DNA from: Antedon mediterranea
Lineage: Eukaryota > Animalia > Echinodermata
NCBI RefSeq assembly: GCF_964355755.1
Contig: NC_092675.1
Location: 4,583,812 to 4,647,811 of the forward strand
DNA: 64,000 bases
Direction: 5' to 3'
The notes beneath the pieces are model-generated. The model made no database searches, had not been told where the DNA came from, and saw only the letters and a program-made list of their open reading frames with translations. The number at the start of each line of letters is the position of its first letter. Position 1 is the stretch's first letter. The translations under genes were made by a program, and so were the position numbers. Positions 1-10,799 of the stretch are shown in pieces.

Positions 1-6
1 TTTTAG

Positions 7-99
7 GTAACAAGTCGACTTTTAGATGCAGAAAAGCTGAAGTTGGCAATACTTCAACGAGAAATTAAACAAAAGAGACATCTTGAAGGCACAAAAAAG
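7..99 (+). CDS. Internal exon of unidentified coiled-coil-like gene (gene 1): VTSRLLDAEKLKLAILQREIKQKRHLEGTKK
   Basis: ttttag acceptor at 1-6, AAG|gtagtt donor, 93 nt open in frame 0, chains in phase with the following exons. Confidence 0.75.
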
Positions 100-368
100 G
101 TAGTTTATTTAACAATATCTAACAGCCTGTAACTTTTTAGGTTATATTTTTATCACACATATTTAAAGCTTCCGTCTTCACTCTGTTGCTAATTTGTGGG
201 GCCAGATGATGTATCATTTTGTTTTAAATGGAAAGTAGTATGGGCGACAACTTTCAATGATATACCAATTTTATAGAAACTAGTCTTTTGTTTTAACAAA
301 TTAAAATTTCTATGCTAAATTCAACATCTTATTTTTCTTTTGTATTATTTCTCTACTTTTTATTGCAG

Positions 369-392
369 TCCGGCGAAAATCCATATGAAGAA
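369..392 (+). CDS. Gene 1 microexon (24 nt): SGENPYEE
   Basis: Polypyrimidine tract + ttgcag acceptor, GAA|gtaggt donor, phase 0-0. Confidence 0.7.
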
Positions 393-1303
393 GTAGGTTT
401 ATTGTAGATGACAAATATTTCTATGTTTGCTTTTGTTTTTTAGTTTTCTTTTATTCCTAGTTTTTTTTAACTTTAGTGTTCATGTTTTTGTAGGTTTAGA
501 TTTTTTTTATTGCAGTTTGTAGAAAGAAAATATAGGTTTATTTTGTCAAGAATTTTGTTATTTCGCTTTTTAGTATTCATTTCATAATAGTTTTTCCTTT
601 TGTTTTTTATTGCAGTAAAAAAGAAGCTGTGCTTATTTTAATATCTATTATTAATATAATCCATGAATATATATTAATATTTTAATAATATTTTGCTTTA
701 GTGAGCAATTTTTAATTCACTGTTTAAACCTGTGACTGAGCTTGATACTGTACATGAAAAATTGCCTTTTCGGTATATATAATATAATGAATAAGGATTC
801 TGTTAAAAACTCTTGTATACGTGTTTATCAAATTTACCTCTACTTTTTTAAATGTTAATCAAGTACTGTACATTCTGTTTTGTAGTTAGTACAGTACTTT
901 TAAAATAGAGATATTTTTATTTATAAAACGATAACACTTTATTGCAATTATCTTCATATAAAACAATTTTAAGTTCAACATTGGTATACAATTGATGTAT
1001 GAACAGTTGATCAGGCTTTTTTCTAAAAAGGGAATAATACAGTCTTAATTATTATAATGTATGTAGTTTATGTGCATGTTCGATACAATAGATAATAGAA
1101 TTATCATTTTAATATTTTGTATTTGTTTTTTTTTAAACAATTTTCAATGTCGTTAATTCCAGTCAAATCTCTCAAAATAAACATGAAAAGTTAAAACTGG
1201 TAAGAAGGATCTAAAAATTGCATTTGGAAAATCAGAATTTTCAGAAAATATGTTTTGTATTGTTATAGATATTGTGTTTAAATAATTGTTTTGTTCTTTT
1301 TAG

Positions 1304-1338
1304 GAAAAAGAGCTTGAAAGGCAGAAAAATAATTTAGA
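1304..1338 (+). CDS. Gene 1 exon (35 nt): EKELERQKNNL(E)
   Basis: ttctttttag acceptor, AGA|gtaagt donor; phase 0-2 matches the next exon. Confidence 0.8.
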
Positions 1339-1660
1339 GTAAGTTTGCCAGACCTTTATTATACTTTATTATATCCTTCTATAACAATTTAAAAAGTAAA
1401 ATAAAAAAAATTATTTAATTAGGATATAGGAAATTTACCTCATAGCCCTTCCAGAGTTTACACACATTAAAATACTGGTGTTGATGCCTGGTGTAAAGGC
1501 CCTAATTTACCAGATTCATGGCTCTATTTTAATAGTTATGGTTGTTAAACGCAGTGCATATGGTTACATTTGTAAAATCAAATATGAATAGAATAAACAT
1601 CACATACATTGTATGTTCTAATGATGATTTATAATATTGTTTGAATTTGTTTTCTTGCAG

Positions 1661-1745
1661 ACGATTTCAGATTCAACATGACAGGCTTGAATGGGAGTAT
1701 GAACAAGCAGCTTGTGATATGTTCAAAGGCTATTATACATTGAAG
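1661..1745 (+). CDS. Gene 1 exon (85 nt): (E)RFQIQHDRLEWEYEQAACDMFKGYYTLK
   Basis: ttttcttgcag acceptor, AAG|gtacag donor; the only open frame is the phase-2 frame required by the previous exon. Confidence 0.8.
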
Positions 1746-2021
1746 GTACAGTAAATAAGATGTTGATAAGAGTTCAATTAAAAGTGAACCAAAAAATGTA
1801 TGAGGGTATGGACCATGTTAAAAGAGCAGCATCGATGATATTCAGTACATTTTAGATTTTTGTCTTATTGTTATACAATAGAAATCCTCCTTTGGGACAC
1901 CCCTGTTCAGGGGATGCTGTCTCATGAAATAATTGTGGGAAATACAATAAAAAACATTGTAAACTTTAAAATATAGTATAAAGTTGTGCCTGTAATATTC
2001 TTTGTTTCTTTTTACGTCTCT

Positions 2022-2491
2022 AAAAAGGTAAAGTCACAAAGTTATCTCCATTTCTTTAGCGTTTGGGCCAGACTCCACTAAGTGTGTATTTTTGTGGAGG
2101 GTACGCCAACCCTCCCGCCCAAACGAGTCTGATTTACCTTCCCAGTACTTTTTACATACCGGTACCCATTTCTATCATGTGGGTGGGGAGGAACAATGTG
2201 GATAAAGAATCTTGCTCAAGGACCCAATACTGCAGTGACTGGGCCACAGTCCCTATGCCTATCTAAATGTTAATATTATATTTTACACTAAGTGTGTATG
2301 TTTGTGGAGGGTACGCCACTCTTCCCGCACAAACGAGTCTGATTTACCTTACTAGTACTTTTTACATACCGGTACTCATTTCTATCACCTGGGTGGGGAG
2401 GAACAATTGTGGATAAAGAATCTTGCTCAAGGACTCAACACTGCAGTGACTGGGCCACAGTCCCGATGCCTATCTAAATGTTAGTATTATA
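2022..2491 (-). mobile_element. 5'-truncated SINE fragment with a ~205-bp tandem duplication (2076-2280 / 2286-2491)
   Basis: Two highly similar adjacent copies; the reverse complement contains the CCTTGAGCAAGA...CCCACCCA...AAATGGGTACC central SINE motif and a CTTTACCTTTT-type tail at 2022-2033. Confidence 0.7.
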
Positions 2492-2531
2492 TTAATGTGA
2501 CCCTTTTAAATATTTCTAAATTATTTTATAG

Positions 2532-2582
2532 CCCCATCGAAGCTTGCCACATTTAGGTCTCAAACAAACTCCAAAAACAAGA
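2532..2582 (+). CDS. Gene 1 exon (51 nt): PHRSLPHLGLKQTPKTR
   Basis: ttttatag acceptor, AGA|gtaagt donor, phase 0-0. Confidence 0.75.
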
Positions 2583-3701
2583 GTAAGTAATCCAATTGTA
2601 TATTTTATTATTTGAACATCAATTTGTTAAGAAACATTTGACTGTAACAGACAAAACATATTTATTTATGGTGTATGTGAAACACATGTTAATTTGTTTA
2701 TTAATAAACACATGTGTATCATCTGGAAAGAGAGAATGAATGCGGCAATATTCATGGATTTCAATCTAGCAAGGTCCAAACATATGGTATACATCTGTAA
2801 TATAACAAAAGTCTAAACAAAGCTTCTGAATTTGGAATTTTATTCTTGTACTTTAATAAAAAACAACAAGAAACTATAATATTCATACACAAACTGTTTT
2901 TAAGTGTTGCACCAAGATTTTAAAGCTATAGATGACACAGTATTATGATGAATAAAATTAATTTATCAACATTAGATTCACAATAAAAATCAGTATTCTT
3001 ATCATGAAATGAAATTAGTTAAAAAATTAACTGGTTTTAATTTTGGAATTTTTTAAGCTTGTGCACTATCATATTAAAAAAAACAACTCATTGTTCGTGA
3101 ATATAAGTTTAAATCAATATTGTTTTAGTGATTTTGTGGGTTTTTTGCTTAAAACCAGCTGCATTCACATTCTCCTCAGCTGTTCTTCTTTTATTATAAT
3201 CTGATTTGATATCTCAGCAAAGATTTTAATAAAAGATTTCATATAATAAGAAAGTACATTGCATCATTAAACACTGATTGACTTAAATACATAGGCTGCA
3301 GCTGTAGTACATTCACACTACAGTGAACATAAATTATACTTGAAAGTTAGCCCTCTGTTGGTCGGGTGTAAGTGAAGGGTTTTTTATGTTCCATGATGAC
3401 CTCTTGAGAACAACTTAGACTTGCCCCAAGTCTGTATTGTCTTATTTATGTTATTTGTGTTATATGTTTTATTATGTTATGTTAGTTCTGAAAATAGGAA
3501 AGCTCAAGTATTATATGTATGAAGTGCCATATGTGCCAAAATGTTTATCTTTTTACTAATATTAAGTCTGAAACCCAGACTAGGCAATACAACAAAATTT
3601 TTTTTTAAAGATAACCACTGTTGGCCAACTGTATGCAATGAGAGGTTCTTGCACAGTAGTAGGCCTATTTTAAGTTAAGTATACCGGTAGGCCTAGTTGA
3701 C

Positions 3702-4774
3702 GGGTGTCACGAAACCCAAGACCACGAAAGCTAAGACCTCCTAAGACCTAAGATCACGAAAGCTAAGACCCAAGACCTAAGATTACAAATATTTATCTTT
3801 CGCACCTGCCTTGTATTTTAACTCCCAACATTTATTCTGAATACCACACCTTAGAATTGGCACTTTCATGAAAAAGAATCACATAAAAAGTAAGAAATAC
3901 ATTTTTAAATTGATGATTTTACAGACGTTTTTCTCGCACACAAAATGACTAGCCTACAGTACAGTAGGCCTACCCCATGTTCAATGTTTTTGTTTCTATG
4001 GAACATCAAAAGAGCAAAAATTATATAGAGGGCTGAAAACTCTGTGGAGTCCATCTACAGTGTGGATGGAACAATGTAAAATTAAAATTGTAATGATAAT
4101 AGTATAATCATGCAAGTACGAGGAAATAAATACTGGCAAATAAATTTTAATTAAAAAATCATGATAAGTTTTTTTGTTTCGTTTTCTTTCTGTTTTTATA
4201 CTTGTACTATTATTGTTGCTCTTTTGGCGCTCCATAGAAACAAAAACATTGAGCATGGGGAGCTCGAGGAGTTACATTACAGTATACAAAGAAACACATC
4301 TGTAAAATCATAAATTTAAAGGATTTATTTATTTGTTATTATGTGTTTCTCCTTCTGAAAGTACTTATAAGTCCTAATTTTAAAGTGTGGTGTTCAGGAT
4401 AAAGTTAGTCAACAAATTTGGAGTCAAAATACAAGAAAGGCAGGTGCGTAAGAAAAACATCCTCTGAACCAACACAATGGAGTAAATATATACAAACAAA
4501 CACCCCGTCAAGTTTGTTTGTTGTAAAGAAAAAATATATATTTACTCAACGGGCGAAAATAATGTGAGTTTATCTATGTTTTGCGGTGGTATTAAATTAT
4601 ATTTATGGTAATAAATGAAACCTACTGTGTTTAAAATTATGTATGGATAAACAAGTATTGTTTTTAAGCTGTAGTATATCTTAGAATTTGTAATCTTAGG
4701 TCTTGGGTCTTAGCTTTCGTGATCTTAGGTCTTAGGGGGTCTTAGCTTTCGTGGTCTTAGGTTTCGTGACACCC
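3702..4774. mobile_element. Non-autonomous foldback/MULE-like DNA transposon, 1073 bp
   Basis: ~88-bp TIRs GGGTGTCACGAAAC.../...GTTTCGTGACACCC made of AAGACC(T) subrepeats; perfect 10-bp TSD CCTAGTTGAC (3692-3701, 4775-4784); further internal inverted symmetry. Confidence 0.9.
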
Positions 4775-4930
4775 CCTAGTTGACATATTCCAGAGGAGAA
4801 TGTAAGTAGGCCTATTGTAGGCTATAGACCTGATCATCATTTACATGAATATCAATACTCCAAACATCATTGGACATCTTCCAGAGTGAGCTTAATAAGT
4901 ACGGTTATGTTAGAATGTTGTACATTATAC

Positions 4931-4954
4931 CATTGAGATATTAATATCTCTATG
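4931..4954. mobile_element. 24-bp palindrome with 7-bp TSD (P-element-like footprint)
   Basis: ATTATAC|CATTGAGATATTAATATCTCTATG|ATTATAC; one mismatch between the arms. Confidence 0.65.
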
Positions 4955-4986
4955 ATTATACACAATATTCTCTTCACATTTTGTAG

Positions 4987-5002
4987 GCAGACTATTTTAA
5001 TA
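4987..5002 (+). CDS. Gene 1 candidate 16-nt microexon: ADYFN(N)
   Basis: ttcacattttgtag acceptor, ATA|gtgagc donor; shifts phase 0 to 1 and puts the last exon in the frame AWPEEGRDVY. Confidence 0.5.
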
Positions 5003-5895
5003 GTGAGCCCTCTGTTGGTGAAATTGAGATGAACCTACATACATGCGATTTATATTTAATGATATGATGATCCCTCTCTTGGTATATCATTGACCTAATA
5101 TGAACTTGTGATGTATTAATCTGATATTTGCATAATGCGAACTAAGTAACTCTACTTACACGTACATATGGTTTTATGTTGTTGTTTTCCCCGATGTTCA
5201 CTTATGTATCATTTTCACTTCCTTACCAAAGATGTTGATAATTGGTCATCGGGACTACCATAACGTTTTTTTTATAGTAATAGTATTATTGCTTCATCAA
5301 AGAAAAAAAAATGAAATATATTATTGTTTTGTACAAAGATTTTAAACAAGGAATTTCTTAATTTTGTCAATTATTCATGATGGGCAGTCCCGACGTCTAC
5401 CATTTTATCATTAAATTTTGTAATAAAATGAAATAGTAAATGTCTTTTAATTTAGAATTATTACCATACCTGTAGCATTATTTTGATCATACATTGTTGC
5501 ATAACTCTGCATTATGTAATTGTATAAACATAAAACTGGAATAATTGTATTGGCGAATTGCATTTATGAGTACTAAAGAAAGTAATTTGCAATGGATTTT
5601 GTATGAGGAATAATATTAGCATAATTCAACATCCATAACATTACCTTTTGCTGGCTATAGTCATCAATCAATTCATCAATTAAGATTCCAGTAACCTGCT
5701 CAAGTTAGCAGTATGCATGTCATAAATGAAACATGACTTCTCGCATACAAATGTATAGAAAATAAAGTCCATATTTAGCTATAAAGCGAAATTAGACTAC
5801 GCAAGTATCGAGTAATATATATTAATAGGTCAAGGACTTTATTTATAGTTGCTGGTTATAAGAAATTTAATATAATACAATTGTTATATTTCTAG

Positions 5896-5969
5896 ATGCT
5901 TGGCCAGAAGAAGGGAGGGATGTTTATGCAGGTGAACTCCCCTTGTCCATCAAATCCCACTTAAATTAG
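5896..5969 (+). CDS. Gene 1 terminal coding exon: (N)AWPEEGRDVYAGELPLSIKSHLN* (or MLGQKKGGMFMQVNSPCPSNPT*, stop 5964, if the 16-nt exon is skipped)
   Basis: tatttctag acceptor, two frames open to nearby stops, AATAAA at 5988. Confidence 0.6.
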
Positions 5970-6127
5970 ACCTACAGCAAATTCTATAATAAAAAGTAAT
6001 ATTTAGAAGGAAAACTGAAAACAATGCAAGGCTTACCTTACCAGTTGGCCTGCATGAAAATATGAAGTAATAATAATAAGAACAATAATAATAAAATGCC
6101 ATTTATCGTACCTAAAGAGCCAACAAC

Positions 6128-6423
6128 AACATCGGCAAGGGTTCGAGGCCGACTCGCTCCTAGTTCTGGTGGTGGAACAAGTTTTCTTGGATAAGGACTA
6201 TAAACCGTAGGTCCAGTGTACACAGTTATAACCTGTGTGTACTTTAAAGAACCCAGTTCATTATTCGAAAAAGAGTAGGGGGTTACCCCGGTGAACTGGT
6301 TCACACAATAGCCCCTGTATCAGGGGGATTACCACCTACAGTATCTGATAGGACAGTGATTAATTCACTATTGGTAATCCTTGGCCACATTGCCTAAAGA
6401 CATAAAATAAAATAAATAAATAA
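6128..6423 (+). mobile_element. Deu-domain SINE, 5'-truncated, with a divergent 3' tail
   Basis: GGATAAGGACTATAAACCGTAGGTCC...TTAAAGAACCC...GAGTAGGGGGTTACCCCGGTG core shared with the 38959 copy; (AAAT)n tail. Confidence 0.8.
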
Positions 6424-6855
6424 TAACAACTGTCTTGGAAATTACATCATATTCTATTCTCAGCAAATGTAACAGTCTGACATGATTAACTTAGCCCCTG
6501 GATGTCACCCCTTTGTTATACTAATAAAAGTTAAATTTTAAGATGTTTGAAATGGCAAAAATGGTTTTAAATTAATGTAAAAATAGATTTTGTGTAGTAT
6601 TACTGGTACTGTTATATAAACATTTGTGTACATTAAACTTGAAGATCATACATAGGCCTACACGTTTCTGAAGTTTATAAAAATTACAATAAAAATACTA
6701 TATCATACATAACACGTTTCTACAAGAAGTATATAAAAATTATAAAATACAATTTTTCTCATTGAAAATATTCAGTATAGTTTTGAAGAAATAAGCTTTA
6801 ATCACATTCAACTTTTTTGGGGGAAGCTAAAATTACCATAGTTTTATGTGAACTT

Positions 6856-7623
6856 TATTACCAAAACCACAAACAAACCAAAATAGACAAACTTTTCAAA
6901 CTCCAAAAAAAGGCCCTTCGCATTTGCACTCTCTCAAAATACCTCTCCCACTCTAAACCTCTTTTTCACACCCTAAATACCCTAAACATTTTTGACATTA
7001 ATAAATTGCAAACTGCCCTCTTCATGTTTAGGTACTCAAATAACAAACTACCATCCACTTTCAACGGTTTCTTCACTAAAAATAACGAACTACACAAATA
7101 TAACACTAGGAACGCAAACACAACTACATTTCCAAAAACTATAACAGTAAGCAAATACTTAACTCTATACTACATACCGGTCCCCTACTCTGGAACTCTC
7201 TTAATCCGTCAATAACTAATAGCAAAACAAATAATACTCTAAAAATAAACTACAAATCTTATCTAATATCAAAATATAAAGTAAATTAATTATTTTGATC
7301 ATATTTAATAACTTATAATTAAATTTAATTAGGCAAATCATATAAATACAGTTTGTCCTTCCTGTCGTCCTTGTCGTGTTTGTATCGTCGTACATGTCCG
7401 TCCCTGTCTGTCAGTAGCTAACCTTCACCTTATGCTTATTATTATTATTTTTAACTTTTTTATTCTTTCTGGTGGATCCAGGCTTAAAGCCCCTTGGGGT
7501 TTAAATGGTATTCTCCAGGCCCAGGCATAATGCAACTATTATTTACTTAATTTCCAACCACTTGTATCTTTTATATTTTGTATATGTTTGCATTATGTGA
7601 ATAAATTTGAACTTGAACTTGAA
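6856..7623 (+). mobile_element. 5'-truncated LINE (L2/CR1/Crack-like): ORF2 C-terminus plus 3' UTR
   Basis: LFKLQKKALRICTLSKYLSHSKPLFHTLNTLNIFDINKLQTALFMFRY...HKYNTR is a typical post-RT region; apparent frameshift near 7120; ends AATAAA-TTTGAACTTGAACTTGAA. Confidence 0.85.
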
Positions 7624-10600
7624 ATTAGTTTAACCAACTTTTAATTGCCTTGAAAACTGAACAACAGAAGCAGTAAAAATAAAGAGTGTTTACAATGTTG
7701 AAAATTCTAATTTGAACCTCTCAACTCTGCAACATTCTGAGTAACTTCTTTACAAGAGTTATTTTAAATTATGTAATCATGTAGGACCTGCATTTCATAC
7801 AGACTTGATCAACTTCTCAAGTGCAAACAGATTGATTTATGGATATGATACCAATTTTGAATTCAGTAAGATTCTGGCTCTTAGTTGGACTTTATTTTAG
7901 GCAGCCCTTCACAAGTTTTCGCATTTTGGGTTTTGCCGTTCTTATTTATAAATTCATTCATCACATAGTAAAGAAAAGAGAAATAAATGTTATACTGTAA
8001 TGTAATGAGTACACAGAGGCCTAATTTTGCTATACCTCCATGGTTTAATACTGTAGTAACTTTGAGAACATTATCTTGTTATTTGAGATGTTATCTTTCA
8101 ATTTGATGAAATTAAAGATGAGCTAATCAAGCATCATGTACATGTTCCGCACCACTGATTCTTGTTCCGCACTATATGAATGATCATAAAGTCTCTGTCA
8201 TGAGATTCCATCCTCTGCATCCTCTGTTATCTTATCTACCATAAAGTATGCTAGGAATTTAAATCTATGTGAATGATTACTCATAGTATTAAAAGCATTT
8301 CCCATTGGCAGATAAATAAGTGAGAGAAACAGTATACCAATCGTTTCTAATCTACTACAAAATTAGTTGATATTTTAACAAGAACTGAAGAAGAACAAGT
8401 GATAATTTTTAGGGCGAAAGTTTCAAGGGCATATCAGCTGCTGGAAGGATTCACATTTATACTTCTTGATGCTTTTATAAAGGAAAACCAGTTGAAGTAA
8501 ATTTGCTAATTAATGAGATATCTCCCTGTTAATGTGATGAAGAGATCTTGTGGATTCGTACTCTTGTTAAACTTTGGAAGTTGAAACAATGTTTGTAGTA
8601 GATTCAAATTTAGTGTGATATAATAGCGTTCAAGGCTTTTGTGATTGGATTGTTTTATAGGCTTTACAAGCTTCTCTGCTATACATTTAATTTTTTGTTC
8701 AACAATTTTAGAGTTTATTTAAAGAATTCACACATGTTCTAAATATAGTACTTTCTTATTACAGTATAAGTAAATTTACCAAATCTTGGCCAAATTCTAA
8801 TTTCTTACTTTAGGTACTGTACTACTAAACAGTAATTACAGTGCTTGTTTCAGTTTACTGCATTAGGACATCATTAGCAAATTCTGTACATTTTACACAA
8901 TACATTTTTATATTGCGTTATTTTATCAATGTTTAAAACATCTTTTCTGAAATTGTTAAATAGGCTCTTTTTCTAATCCAGATTGAAATTTAAATGCTGT
9001 ACTCGCACTAATTTGTAAAATATTGTTCTTTTTTTACCGTAAACTTTCATCAAGATTTTGATTTAAAACCTTGTAACATTAGCTGAGATGTTAATCCGAA
9101 TATTAACAAGGTTTTTGGCTACAGGCTATAAGAACCACCAAACTGCTAAAAGCATTTAAACATTCCTGGGTGAATTAAAGACTTGTATACTGTTATCACC
9201 TTATTAAAACTTGCTGTGTGAAGCATAATCATGCTGGCTTCATGTGTATGAACAATATTAAGTACCGTAGACAGCAACTTTAACAGTTATTCTTCGTCGA
9301 TACTGTGTAATTTTTTGGAAGAAAACCAAATAGTAGGTTGCTAACTTTTGGAACTTGTTACCTAATTGGAACAAGTTGTGTTTTAGTTTTTGGAAGAATT
9401 TGGATCTGCAAGAAAGTAAAAGTAGTAGACTTGCTGATTAACAGATTTGCTACGTAATTGGAAAAAGTTGGTATTTATAGTTTTTTGCAAGAATATACAG
9501 CTTTTTGGAGGATTTCTTCTGTCAACAAGGTTGGAAATTAGTGACCAACAACTTCTTGATTCAGACTACCGTAATTACTACTTCCTAGAACTTTTTGGAA
9601 GTAAAGAAAGTTTATAACATTTCAGGATTCCATAGTAAACAGAAATTACAGTGATTTGTTACTGGTGTTCTAAAGATATTGAACTTTCAGGTAATGTGTT
9701 TCGAAGAAAATAACTTTCTTAGATAGTATTTATATTTTCTATCATCAGTGTGAACAGTAGCTTCTGCAGAGTATTTGGTACCACCAGTGTTTACTTTTGT
9801 TTTTGAAGAAAATCAGATTGTTTCTAGTACTGCTGTATTTTCTTTAATTAGAACAACAGTTTCTGTTTCTGTTACCAGTGTTCCAACTGTCTTGTACTCA
9901 AATCTTTTGAAGGGACTTTTGAAGGGAATGATAATGTACTGAGTAGTACAGCATGTAACTGTCATCATCTTCTATCTGTTTCACATCAATATTGTTTATA
10001 TACATTTTGCAAATAGAAATCATCAATCAAACTTCAGTGACCAATGACAGCTGATTAATTGATCAATTGATTACATATTATAATCATTTATTATGATTAA
10101 ATAAATCTGACTATTGGATGAGCGAATATTGCTAAGAACAGTGTAAATGTCATTTGCATTTAGAGATTTGACATAACCTCGTTGCTACGGAAGAGATCCC
10201 TCATTGGTGTTTTGTCAATATGGATACTTAATCCAATAACATATTGTTATACCAACCAGAGTTTGTACATTTTTATTGGAATCATATATGTTGATTATCG
10301 TTGCGCATATTGGAAAAATATTGTATATTGATTTTTGGTAAGGATTTGACACACGTTTACATGATTGTCAGCATTTCTTGGTTTTTCTTGATAAGGATAA
10401 TTTTTGTTGGAAGAGCTTATTTCATTTGAGCAGAACATGTATTTTTTTAAAACTTTAGTTTGATCTTCAGATTTTAGTTATTTTATTTGTGAAGAACTGT
10501 ACTTAGTACGCATTTCATTTGAGAATAAAATCAGATTCTGTGCATCACCATTTCATTTTAGTCAGAACATTGTATTTTGTGTGACACACAAATTCTGAAC

Positions 10601-10625
10601 TCCTTCATGAACGACATTGGCACCA

Positions 10626-10799
10626 ATGGGTGATCATTTTGTGGTGTCCATTTTGGAAGCCATTTTTGAGCTTGTACTTTATGGGTATGAAATCATCTGG
10701 TTTCTTTTTATTGGAATTTTAACATTGGTGTGTCGTGACAATCACCATTCTAAATCTGATAAACGGATCATACGAAAAAACATTGTGATGAATTCAGAG
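10626..10799 (+). CDS. RASGEF1: Candidate alternative first coding exon A of RASGEF1 with hydrophobic N-terminus: MGDHFVVSILEAIFELVLYGYEIIWFLFIGILTLVCRDNHHSKSDKRIIRKNIVMNSE
   Basis: 58 open codons from ATG to a strong GAG|gtatgt donor in phase 0; link to RASGEF1 inferred from position and phase. Confidence 0.55.
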
